DNA of 64,000 nt from Enoplolaimus lenunculus (Eukaryota), in contig JASANG010001276.1 in the NCBI GenBank assembly GCA_030248215.1, forward strand, positions 124,001 to 188,000, read 5' to 3'. The position numbers and the translations under genes are program-made. Each line of letters starts with the position of its first letter. Position 1 is the first letter of the stretch. Below, piece after piece: positions 25,173 through 43,446 of the stretch. The notes beneath the pieces are model-generated. The model had not been told where the DNA came from. It ran no database searches and worked only from the letters and a program-made list of their open reading frames with translations.

Positions 25173-28100
25173 GAACAACAGGGGTAGTAAAACATACAAT
25201 TGAGGTCAACACAGATAAGCCGATCCAACAAAAGGTTAGACGAGCGGCTTATGCAAGAAGAGTGGAAATGTCAAAATGCATAAAGCAAATGCTGGAAGAT
25301 GGCATAATTCAACCATCTAGAAGTCCGTGGGCTTCTCCAGTAGTACTAATTAAAAAGAAAGATGGAAGCTGGAAATTCTGCGTTGACTACAGACAAGTCA
25401 ACGAGGTGACGAAAAAAGATAGTTTTCCGTTACCACGCATCGATGAAACAATCGATGCACTAAGAGGATCTAAATATTTCACAACAATCGATCTCCAGTC
25501 AGGATACTGGCAAATACAAATGCATGACACTGATATTGAAAAGACAGCGTTCATTTCACACGAAGGCTTATTCGAGTTTAAAGTAATGCCGTTTGGCTTA
25601 ACAAACGCGCCTGCAACATTCCAAAGAATGATGCAGATGGTGTTTGCAGGATTACTAATGGAAACCTGCCTATGCTATCTAGATGACATAATAATATATT
25701 CAAAAACATTCATAGAACACATGTTCGATTTAGAGCGTGTGTTCGAACGCTTAAGAGAAGCAGGCCTAACAGTAAAAGGCAAAAAGTGTACTTTCGCTAA
25801 ACGAAAGGTGCACTTTCTAGGACACGTAGTGTCAAATGGTGGAATAAGTCCAGATCAGGACAAGATAAATAAGGTTAAGAATTGTCGAACACCCAAAACA
25901 ATAACGGAATTACGTTCGTTTTTGGGATTAACAGGCTATTACAGACAATTCGTCAAGAACTACGGAATAGTAGCACATCCCTTGTATCTAATTACACAGG
26001 GTAATCAAAAAGGAAAGAACATACAAGACCAATGGTCTAAAGATTGCCAAAAGGCATATGAAAAATTAAAACAGCTGCTAACACGAGCACCTGTTTTAGC
26101 CTACCCTGATCACACAAAACCATTTATCCTGGATACGGATGCAAGTCAAAACGGAGTAGGATTCGTTTTGACACAAAAAGGATCAGATGAACTGGAACAC
26201 GTCATACATTTTGGAAGTCACAGATTCTCGCCAACAGAGGCGCGATATGCAATAACAGAAAAAGAATGCCTTGCAATGGTTAAAGCATTCAGTAAATTCA
26301 GACCATATTTATTAGGAACACATACGCTAGTTAGAACGGATCATGCTCCGTTAACACAAATTTTAAATAAAATAAGACCAATAGAATCGTTAACACCAAG
26401 ATTATCACGCTTTTCATTAAAATTACAAGAATTTGATTTCACCGTACAATATAAACCAGGTCGAAAGCATCAAAACGCCGATGCTTTATCCAGACCTCCA
26501 ATATTGGAGGACGAAGAAGAGCAAGCAGATGCTCTTCCCCAAGAAGTATTAGATAAAGTAATAAAAAGAGAACAAAAAATTATGAAAGCACTAGAAAAAG
26601 AAACAATAGAACGAGTCACAATTAATACTGTGACCAAAGATACAGAAGAAGAAAAAACAAATGAGGAATATTATTTCAAAATTGAAACTACATGGGAATA
26701 TGAACAGTTGAAAAACGCACAACTAGAAGATGAAAAGGCGGGTGCAATGATACAATATTTATTGCATGACATCCAACCCAAAACAGATGAGTTACGGCGT
26801 TGGGTACATAATAATGAACACAAATGCATAATGTACAATGATATATTATACATTATACAAAGAAAAAGAACGCCGCAACGTTCTGAAGATCCAGAATTTC
26901 AAATATTTGTACCAGAATTATTTCGAGATGTATTGCTAGAACAAGCACACACATCTAAATACGGTGGACACCTATCATTTGATAAAGTGATAGGAAAGTT
27001 AAAACGCAAATTTTATTGGCCCACAATGTCAAAAGACATTCAAGAATATATAGATAAGTGCATACCATGTGCAAGATTTAAACAAGGGCCAAATCGGAAA
27101 AATCCTTTGGATCCAATTAAGGCAATTCAGCCTTTCCATATGATGGCAGTGGACGTCATTGGACCACTGCCAGAAACAACAGCTGGTAACAAATATATAA
27201 TTTGTTTCATGGACTACTACACCAAGTGGCCTGAAGCATTTCCAACCGCAGATCAAACTGCGAAGACAATCACAAAATTAATTTGTGACAATATAATCCC
27301 GAGACATGGGGTCCCTCGGATAATACTATCTGACCAGGGACCCGCATTTATTTCCGAATTATATAAATCGGAAATGGCAGCCATGGGTACCAGAACAGTA
27401 TATAGTACCCCATATCACCACCAAGCAAATGGGTTGGTGGAACGCTGGAATCAGACATTACAAAAAATGTTGAAACCAGTAACAGAGCTTGACTCTAAAA
27501 ATTGGGACAAGTATATAGAACCGTTGCTCTTAGCATATAGAACAACGGTACATACAACAACAAAACAAACACCTTTTTTCCTGGTTCACGGTAGAGATCC
27601 CGATCTACCAGGGGAAAATGCATTAATAACAATAACAAAACAAAGAGATCCGGCAAATTACGCCGAATCTCTAATAAAAACGCTGACACAAGCGTGGGAC
27701 ATAACATCTAAACAAATAGCATTGTCCCAGACCAAATACAAAAATTACTACGATAAAAGAACAAAAAGTAGACATTTTAAAATAGGGGAAATTGTTCTCA
27801 TGAAAAAACGTGAGAAACTAGACCCAAAACGCATAACAAACAAATTCCACCCCGAATTTGAAAAACTTTACAGAATAAAAGCTATAGACGGTCCAAATCT
27901 GAAATTACAGTATTTGGGTTCGGCAACAAGAAAAGAAACTTGGTATAACCAAGCGTTGGTAAAACATTTCGGGGGTTCGCCGGAAGATTATCTAGCGTAC
28001 GAAAATAAACTCCGTGCCGCTCGGAGTGAAGAAGAAGCACAACATGAGTTATGTGCAAAATGTCAAGGAAGTTACGCAGACGACGTAGCTAGTGGTCTCG

Positions 28101-28237
28101 AAATAGACTGGATCGAATGTGATCTGTGTCTACAATGGTACCACTTCCAATGCGTAAATTTAGATATGGAACCTTCACAAACAATTTGGTATTGCCCAGA
28201 TTGTTTAAAAACAATAAATGAAAATTCAAAATTATAA
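25145..28237 (+). CDS. pol: Pol: reverse transcriptase, RNase H, integrase and C-terminal PHD finger (frame -1 relative to gag-pro)
   Basis: The frame is open from 25145 (..KLGTTGVVKHTIEV..PIQQKVRR). RT motifs SPWASPVV, MPFGLTNAPATFQ and YLDD. RNase H motif LDTDAS. Integrase HHCC motif (H..GGH..CIPC) and DDE residues (AVDVIG, LSDQG, LVERWN). PHD finger at 28052-28204. Confidence 0.95.
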   Translation, partial: HFGQEHKKLGTTGVVKHTIEVNTDKPIQQKVRRAAYARRVEMSKCIKQMLEDGIIQPSRSPWASPVVLIKKKDGSWKFCVDYRQVNEVTKKDSFPLPRIDETIDALRGSKYFTTIDLQSGYWQIQMHDTDIEKTAFISHEGLFEFKVMPFGLTNAPATFQRMMQMVFAGLLMETCLCYLDDIIIYSKTFIEHMFDLERVFERLREAGLTVKGKKCTFAKRKVHFLGHVVSNGGISPDQDKINKVKNCRTPKTITELRSFLGLTGYYRQFVKNYGIVAHPLYLITQGNQKGKNIQDQWSKDCQKAYEKLKQLLTRAPVLAYPDHTKPFILDTDASQNGVGFVLTQKGSDELEHVIHFGSHRFSPTEARYAITEKECLAMVKAFSKFRPYLLGTHTLVRTDHAPLTQILNKIRPIESLTPRLSRFSLKLQEFDFTVQYKPGRKHQNADALSRPPILEDEEEQADALPQEVLDKVIKREQKIMKALEKETIERVTINTVTKDTEEEKTNEEYYFKIETTWEYEQLKNAQLEDEKAGAMIQYLLHDIQPKTDELRRWVHNNEHKCIMYNDILYIIQRKRTPQRSEDPEFQIFVPELFRDVLLEQAHTSKYGGHLSFDKVIGKLKRKFYWPTMSKDIQEYIDKCIPCARFKQGPNRKNPLDPIKAIQPFHMMAVDVIGPLPETTAGNKYIICFMDYYTKWPEAFPTADQTAKTITKLICDNIIPRHGVPRIILSDQGPAFISELYKSEMAAMGTRTVYSTPYHHQANGLVERWNQTLQKMLKPVTELDSKNWDKYIEPLLLAYRTTVHTTTKQTPFFLVHGRDPDLPGENALITITKQRDPANYAESLIKTLTQAWDITSKQIALSQTKYKNYYDKRTKSRHFKIGEIVLMKKREKLDPKRITNKFHPEFEKLYRIKAIDGPNLKLQYLGSATRKETWYNQALVKHFGGSPEDYLAYENKLRAARSEEEAQHELCAKCQGSYADDVASGLEIDWIECDLCLQWYHFQCVNLDMEPSQTIWYCPDCLKTINENSKL

Positions 28238-28699
28238 TTCTGCCCTAGTGAAAGAATTATCAATACAACGAGAAGTGAATTTATTTCTCAATTCTCAAGG
28301 AGGCAAGTATGGAACAGCTAAAACAAGCTATTCCAATGCCAGACACACCAAGAGAGTGCCAACAGAGGCGCCACCAAGAAGACCGACAACACGGTCAGTC
28401 ACCGGAGAAGGTACCAGAACAGTGTACTCAAGCTTTATCACGGACGAAGAACGACAACAACTAGAAGATCCCGGACAACGAGAAAGTCGTCAAATACAAA
28501 GACAACCAGAATATCCGGGAAGGAGAAATTTTTCAGAAGAAAAAAGATATATCGAAGCAACAGATTCAAAGACGCCACCACTCACAACGAATTTGATGTA
28601 AAATAATTATTAAGAAAACAGTGATTGTTGATTATCTGTGCCAAGGCCAGAATTATAAATAATATCTAAATTTTACAACGCCAGGGGTCGGCGTTTGGT

Positions 28700-28711
28700 A
28701 GAGCGGGGGGA
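28700..28711 (+). promoter_or_regulatory. Polypurine tract
   Basis: AGAGCGGGGGGA immediately precedes the TG of the 3' LTR. Confidence 0.85.
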
Positions 28712-29600
28712 TGTGGGGGCGTAGTGTCTGCTGCGCCACACTAATCTCCCCTAGCTGTGCTAGATACCGCCCCTGGAACCCACCTAAGCGTGTCTGGCCC
28801 TGAAATAATAATTTTGATTTTAATTTTTATTATTGTGTTTTGAATGACTTAGCTAGTGGTGATGACGAAATTGTCATCACCACGTGTGTTATGTTGTTAT
28901 ATTTGTATTTATTTATAGTGGTGATGACGAAATAGTCATCACCACGCATTTTATGATGTTGTTGTTTCTGTTGTATTTATTACAACAGTGTGGAGGCGAC
29001 GATTTTATTTACGCGGCGCCTAATTTATTCAAATTAGGCGGAGGTAGCCTGGCCTCCAAAACAATTCATATTTATTCTGAGATTTTGTTGACAAGATTCG
29101 GTCGGTAATTTAAAAGAGTTTCGGGAATTGTATGTAAAACTGGTTTTGCAGCATTGGTTTGGCGAATTATTTTATTGGTGTTATTATGAGTTTTATGGTT
29201 TTCTGTACGGACGACGGCATCGGTTGAACGTAAGTACAAATTACTGTTGGGATTTAAGTCAGAATTCAATCCAGGCTTTAAGCTAGTGGATTAGTATTTT
29301 GCGCAGGCGCTGCGTTTTAGGTATCAAGTATTGTGCGTTTCCCGGCGCGCAGATTAGCCTTTGGGCAACACATTGATCTAAGTTTCGTAGCGCGTAAATA
29401 AAATTTACTCCCCGTGTCGTTTTTGCGAGCGAGTAAGGGAGCACACACTTACAATAATTACCGGAGATCGCGACCGTAGCTTTTGCAGCCCAAGAGTTCT
29501 CGGATTTCCTTCGTGCTGCTTTCCCTCATATTATAGCCCAATTTCTGTACACAACTACACAGATACACAACTACACCTCCAAATCCATACAAATCCGACA
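28712..29600 (+). repeat. 3' LTR (889 bp)
   Basis: Same termini as the 5' LTR. Preceded by the purine tract and followed by the TSD ATGTG. Confidence 0.96.
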
Positions 29601-30505
29601 ATGTGTAAATAACCATGCAAGTCTGAGACTCCGGTATTGATGACATCCAGGAGTGCATGCTCTTTTATATAATTTCGAAGAAGGTTTTCAGGGAATTTTA
29701 AGCAACAAGTGCGCCACCTAAATTTCAAATTAAGAAGAGAAAAAAAGCAACGGGGACCCCCCCGCCCCGGGCCACACCCCCCCCCCCCCCCCCCCCCCCC
29801 GCCGTCATATGCAGCAGCAGTAAAACATAGAAGAACCAGATACATGTGTATAATGTTGACGTTCTTATAAGGCATAAAAACAGAAAAAAACTGAGCAGTT
29901 GATTGTGAGCGGTGTGGATCAGTGGATAGCGCGCTGGACTGATAATCTGTCGACCGAGTTCGAAACCTCCTGGGAACGTGCCTCATTTTCAGCTGCTAAA
30001 TCAGAACTAAAAACCGTCGTACCCTAGCCTACCCAACTTATCACATGCAATAAATGCAATGCACATTGTGGTGAAGGGCATGTAAGCATGTGAGACATGC
30101 TTGTCCTGGTGCATACGCAATAAATGCAATGCACCATAGGCTAAGAGTTCGATCCCCGCTCTAGCCCACTTTTCCAGTTGCTTAGTAAAAGGTCTGATGT
30201 CCCGGATGCTACCTGACTGACATGGGGGCTACTCCGTGGGCGCAATGGTAAACTGCCGCGCTATGAACACGAATCCAGTCGAAAATAGGATGGACGGTCG
30301 AGGGACGACCTTGTTGAAAATAAGGGCATGTAAGCATGTGAGGCATGCTTGCCCTACTGCGCATGTAATAAATGCAATGCACATTGTGGTGAAGGGCATG
30401 TAAGCATGTGAGACATGCTTGTCCTGGTGCATATGCAATAAATGCAATGCACATTGTGGTGTACGGTCGACACATATAGTCGACGAAAAACGCCGTTGGA
30501 GAGGC

Positions 30506-30640
30506 GGGCTACGAGGCGCAGTGGTAGAGTGCTCGCTTAAAGATCCATAGGCTGAGAGTTCGATCCCCGCTCTAGCTCGCTTTTCCAACTGCTTAGTATA
30601 AAGGTCTGATGTCCCGGTTCCTACCTGACTGACAAGCAAC
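30506..30640 (+). mobile_element. tRNA-derived SINE-like head; partial copy at about 30134-30220 and another tRNA-like head at about 29907-29980
   Basis: GGCGCAGTGGTAGAGTGCTCGC...GAGTTCGATCCCCGCTCTAGC contains A-box and B-box like motifs followed by a shared non-tRNA tail. The anticodon arm is non-canonical. Confidence 0.55.
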
Positions 30641-30900
30641 AAGCTTCAGTACGTAATAAGATTTCTGCGACAGTGCAATATTAATTATGGGATATTGGTC
30701 TGTCTCTCTGATATGTGATTGTTATGTGTGCATTTTGTGCCAAATAAATACATATACCTTATTTACGTTATCTTCTTTTTCAATCTTGTATTGTTAATGT
30801 TTTTGAGCGGAACAGGACCTTCAGGGTTCGTGATATAGGATTTTTCTGAAATGGTTCGATATTGATGCAAAAAAATTTCGGACACTCTCAAACAGTCTCA

Positions 30901-32222
30901 AGTCTCAGTCTCAATAGTACAACCACGGACAGAATTAAGTGCACAGAAACCGCGATTACGTCTACTGCGCTTGCGGTTGCGGTTTTGTAGCCGCGTCTGA
31001 GTGTTTCAGCGATCGCGTCTCAAACGCGGTTTGGGACGCGATTTTAATTGCATCCGCAGTCGCGGTTTGAACCCCGCTCGCAGTCGCGGTTTGAACCGCG
31101 GTTCCAGTCGCGGTTTGAACCGCGGTTCCAGTCGCGGTTTGAACCGCGGTCCCAGTCGCGGTTTGAACCGCGGTCCCAGTCGCGGTTTGAACCGCGGTCG
31201 CAGGCGCGGTTTGAACCGCGGTCGCAGTCGCGGTTTGAACCGCAGTCGCGGTTTGAATCGCGGTTGCAGTCGCTGTTTGAACCGCGGTCTCAGTCGCGGT
31301 TCGCAGCGCGGTTTGAACCGCGGTCGCAGTCATGGTTTGAACCGCAGTCCCGCCCAAACACTTGTGGTCGCGTTTACCTGGTATTCTAACGTTAACCACA
31401 TATGTAAATTAGTTTTGAGCACATGTATGGAGTATCAAGTATGCATGGGCGTACGTTATGCATTCGGGTATTGATATCTGTATTACGTAGACTAGTTGTA
31501 CGGCAACAAACTTGGCTTTGTTATTAGATGTGTAGTGTAATAGATGGCCGGGTGCAAGGCTGACCGGATTATACCGGAATCGAAATCGAAACACTATAAC
31601 TTTCAGCGAGTTGATTTTAATTCAAAGTGAGTTAGCAAGCTGCGGTTCGCTTATGAAAATCTTGCCGTGTTCTTTTTAGTATTGGGTCCAAAGCCGATTT
31701 TGCCCAATTGAACTCTATTCATTATGAGCTGCTGTAATTCTGGGCATAGGCTCTTGCAGGCTTCAACCTGAATTTAATGTCTTCAAATAACAACTTACAA
31801 ACACATAATCACGCCAGTTCCCTTCAGTAATAATATAAGTACCAGGAACGGTAGCTATTTTACAGACCGAGGTTGCAAAAAGTGGTTAAGCTGAAAGTTT
31901 CGGTTCCTGTTTGCATATACAGCGGACAAATACAATTCGTCATTTGCTTCTTAAATCTGCACAGAGTAATAAGCTAGCGTAACCACGGCTGTAGCCGCAA
32001 TTTTAGCCGCGTCGGTAACCGCGAGTGTGACGCGTCTGTAACCGCATTTTTAGCCGCGATTTTAACCGCGAACCTGCGATCGCAATCGCGTTTTTGCGTC
32101 CACGTAAATTGCGGTTGCGAGCGATCGCGATTGCGTCTGCGAGCGATCGCGATTCGAACCGCGTTTGGGTCGCGACCGCGGTTGCACTTAATGCTGTCCG
32201 TGAATGTACTTGAGTTGAGACT
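30901..32222. mobile_element. Fold-back element with CpG-rich subterminal repeats
   Basis: The left end AGTCTCAATAGTACAACCACGGACAGAATTAAGTGCA is an imperfect inverted repeat of TGCACTTAATGCTGTCCGTGAATGTACTTGAGTTGAGACT. Both arms are rich in AACCGCG/CGCGGTT. Confidence 0.55.
31056..31348. repeat. 21-bp minisatellite (CAGTCGCGGTTTGAACCGCGG-type unit) with an internal palindrome
   Basis: Head-to-tail units, each containing the hairpin CGCGGTT-TG-AACCGCG. Confidence 0.9.
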
Positions 32223-33342
32223 GTCTCAGTCACAACGTTTTCATTGTCCCATTCCTGGCAATTTGCAGCTGCAAGTTCTCGCAGAGATACGGATTACAAT
32301 AAACCATCAAGTTCAAAGTACCCATATATCAGGTTCCTCCGGAATATGATTGACAGCATTTGTGTTATATGTAAGCCAGACTTAAACGTTTATTATCACC
32401 AAGCTGTGGCAAAGAGTTCCAAACGAGAATAATTTGATCTGCGAAATAGAACTTATGACTGTTTACTCTAGAATTCACAGAGAAACTGCAGGTTATTAGC
32501 AATTCTAAATTAGTAGTGAATGTGGTAGGTTCCCTTATCTATAACACGCTAAATCAGGATTATTTTTGAAAGTCAAAATATAAATTATTTACGGCATCTA
32601 GGAGGACAGATACAGAATAAAGGTATAATATTAGTAGACATGGTTGGGGATTGCCAGAGGACTGTACCCGTAGCAAGGGATTCGAGTATCCAATTTATTA
32701 CTTTGAAACCCGTCGTGCTCGCTAGAAATAACGAACTCAGGTTAATACACGATAATTACAAAGCAACTTACGACGTTCTCAATGAATCGGTAAGATCCAA
32801 CGAACGAATGTTAGTTAAAGTTAAACTCAACAAAAAATGACTCAAAAATTAGTTTCCAGAGAAATTAAGAGTTTAATCTAGGTTTTCCTTTCGCCGAAGA
32901 AAACCAGTATTTCGTGGGAATTAGTCTTGAATTCTAATACGATAGAAAATATTTCTAAGTCCACGGGTTTGTCACAACTCTGGAGGGAGCAGCGGCAGAG
33001 ATCGCTCATATGGATAACAATGTAGTAATGCCGACGCCTACGATCTGACTTGTACATACAGATGATAACATGAATCGCAGTTGAGCTAGAATGCTTCTTA
33101 GTTTAGTTTTTTATGTATTTGTTTAAAAACCCATGCTGTAAACGACATATATATTAAAGTATTTTTGTTAAAATATTGCAAAAGCTTAGCATCAATAAGG
33201 TTTTCGAATAGTTGCATGTGCATATAGTATATACTATTCCAACTAACAGTTTAATAATTTGATTGTATCCCATTGGAACTTTTGTTTGCAGCAATAGGCA
33301 CCACTACAATTCGATGCTTATTTAGCAGGTTCTTAAGTTTCC

Positions 33343-40569
<7,227 letters not shown>

Positions 40570-43446
40570 TATTGTTTGCTTTGTGATAAAGTTTTTATAT
40601 CTTGTGTTTTGTGATGCAGAACTGAAGCTATTTTTTTCGCGGAGAATGCAAAATTAATCAACGTTTTACATTTGATGAAGGAAGAGTTCTGTTTTTTGCA
40701 CAAAAGTTAAAAAACCGTTTTTCCAAGTTGAAAAATCGTTTTTCCAATTTGTTTAATTTTCCGGCCCATGTAAAGATCAGGGGCGGAACGTTTTTCTGTG
40801 GGACTAGAATAGAGTAAGCTTAAGCTTTAGACTATTTTTTTGAGCATGTTTTAGTTAGATCTGTGTATTGAGACCATAGAGGGTGAACCGGATATTCGTT
40901 TGCGATAAAAAGCGGTATCCGTTTTTATTATGGAAATATAGGAAATTCTGTCATTTTACGCTCAAAATTAGCTATATAAATCACATAAATATAACAATTT
41001 TTCATTAAACATATGCTATAATTGTTAGAAATTAAATACACATATTACGAAATTCATCCAAGATCTTAAAAACCTTTGGTGCATCCGCCAGTTCACGCCT
41101 CAGTTGTGTTGGCAAAAAATAAAACATCTTTATGAAACCTTTATACTTCAGTATTCATTTTCCGTTATTCCGATCACTGTTCGTTTGCGTTTTTTAATAC
41201 TATGTTTACACCCTGCTCGGGGAAGGCGTCTGGTCTTTGTTTTCGCTGGGATAGTCGGGACAGCTTCGAACATATGTTTTCGTTGGGTCGGCCGTGGCCG
41301 AGACCACGGTGCAACGGGGATTATAAAATAACGGAAAAGGAATGTTAAATAAATACCGGAACCAGAAAACAAAAGTACTTGTTACCGCAAAATTCACTTT
41401 TAAAGCTAATGAAGTCTTGAGACCGGTTGAAGCATTTTTGTCAGCGTATGCTGTGCAATGTAAGTCTTAACGGTTTGACACGTGCAGAAATGTGAATTTT
41501 TACCCGCGTGATACAAATCTTCCCGCGGGTATACCCGCGACAGATTTTTTACCCGATCCGCGAGTAAAATCCCACTCTGGTCGGGACAACTTTGAGACTA
41601 TGTTTTCCCTGAGTGAGTATATAGGTCAGGGTACAACCGGAGGTCTGCCTCCGGCTTCGGCAGAAAATCGACCTCAGGCTCCGGTAGTTTTTTCCGGAAG
41701 TTTCGGCAATTTCGGTAGTATATAAAATTTTGCATAATTTTGCAAAATATGTCTGTTTAGCGCGTTTCGTTTTACCTTTGTTGCAATTTTCAGGAAGATA
41801 TTTCCGAAATTTCGCAGAAAATTTGCGTAAAACCAAACAATATAAACAACATATTGCAGATATTGGCTAAAATTATCTAGTTACCCACCATTTTTACTAC
41901 TTAATTTCGCCTCTCCTAGGACTCCGGCAAGTTTCGTTGACCTCCGGCTTAGGTATTTTTCTCCGGTTGCACCCTGGTATAGGGACCGGTTGTGTACGTG
42001 GGTAAAGATTTGTTTACCCGGCCCGCGCTTTACCTGCGGGAGTTTCATTGCACGCGGGTATATACCCGCGCAAAGTATAAAAAAACCGATTTGCTGCCGA
42101 AGTCAAATGCAAATTTCCGGCTGTGAAACCTGATATATTTTGAAAAACAATCCGTTATGCTTTATAAAAAGTAAAACAACAAAACATGGGGCTACAATTA
42201 AACCTAATGTGATTTTCGTTTGTCAACAAAATTCCAGGTGGGTAAAAATCACAAATTTGTACCCGCTTTTGAATTTCTTTATCATTCTTTACCTCCACAA
42301 AAAAATACCTTCGGCTCCGATAAAAATTATTTTCGGCGGTTTTGGCAATTTCGGAAGTGAACTTCTTTACGTTTTTAAAAAATGGCCCCGTGGTTATAGC
42401 TGATTTTTAACTTTGGGGTAGTTGTGGATGCCTTTAATTACCGAGATATCTCAAAAACAAACGTGAAAACCTAGTTTTTGGCAACACTTCGTAGATTGCT
42501 TAGAGTTTGCGTTTGCATTTGGGCCCAAGCACTTGAGTAACTATTTGGCGGCCTGAACCGTTAGCCTGAGATTAAATCTGCACGTTCGCCGCAGTCAATC
42601 AAGCATAACCCCAACGTTAGCATGGCAGCTGAAACTTTAATATCTGTTCTGTAACAATTTTGCTTCAAGGATAGGGTGCTCATAAGTAGCATTTTTTCTT
42701 CTTTAGCAAAGTTCCAAAATCTGAGCCGAACATAGTACTCGAACAAAATATTAAAACGAACAGCAATTGAATATATGTTTTTAATAGGAACAAACATATA
42801 TTCGTCAAAAACTAAAAACAAATGAAAATCTTCTATAGTATTTATACTTCCATGAATAAGAACAAAACGGATGTGTGCCAAACGTTCTGTACACTCTTTT
42901 GCATAGAATCAAACATGATTTCTATCTTAACAGGACTGTGTGAAATGTTTCCTATGACCGGTTTACCCCAAAACGTTACACGTTCAGGTCAATGAAAAGA
43001 ACAGGGGCGACACAGTATATATTAAGCATATTCCTAAGCCTAAGCCTCAGCGTAAGAATGAGCATAGTCTAAACGTTAAGCTTACTCTCTTCTAGTCCCA
43101 CAGAAAAACGTTCCTCCCCTGATCTTTTACATGGGCTCGCGTTCAAAACGAATTAAACATTGTACTAAAGGTGTTAATTCGAAATTTGCACGTAGGAAGA
43201 GATGAATTATGTAACAACGCACATGTCAAATTCAATTCAATACATGGCCCATGTTAACGTTTAGGGCCGTCTCGGTTTGTGGAAGGTCTGTAAAAGAGTA
43301 GGCTTACATTCTAGATTACATTTTTTTGTTTAGGCTTAGGCTTACGAATACGCTAAATCTACTGTTACGGCCCTAAAAGTAACATTAGCCTATTACGTTT
43401 ACGTAAATGATCGCACAATGCACGCCATCACTTTTTAGGGTCATGG

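Larger units (their letters stand above)
21021..29600 (+). mobile_element. Full-length Ty3/Gypsy (Metaviridae) LTR retrotransposon with a PHD-finger-tailed integrase
   Basis: Two LTRs of about 890 bp with TG...CA ends. 5-bp TSD ATGTG at 21016-21020 and 29601-29605. PBS directly after the 5' LTR and PPT directly before the 3' LTR. Domain order Gag-PR-RT-RH-IN. Confidence 0.97.

Noticed and set aside
28238..28700. env gene
   Set aside because: The region is too short and has no signal peptide, furin site or transmembrane segment.
29907..30580. Functional tRNA genes (also about 595-660, 50340-50405 and 53880-54105)
   Set aside because: A-box and B-box like motifs are present, but I could not fold convincing acceptor and anticodon stems, and several have repeated non-tRNA tails. 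They are treated as SINE heads or pseudo-tRNAs, which tRNAscan-SE would settle.
30962..31474. ORFs with TATAVQ / RGLN / SRFEP repeats (antifreeze- or mucin-like)
   Set aside because: They are translations of the 21-bp minisatellite, open in several frames on both strands, with no splice or domain support.
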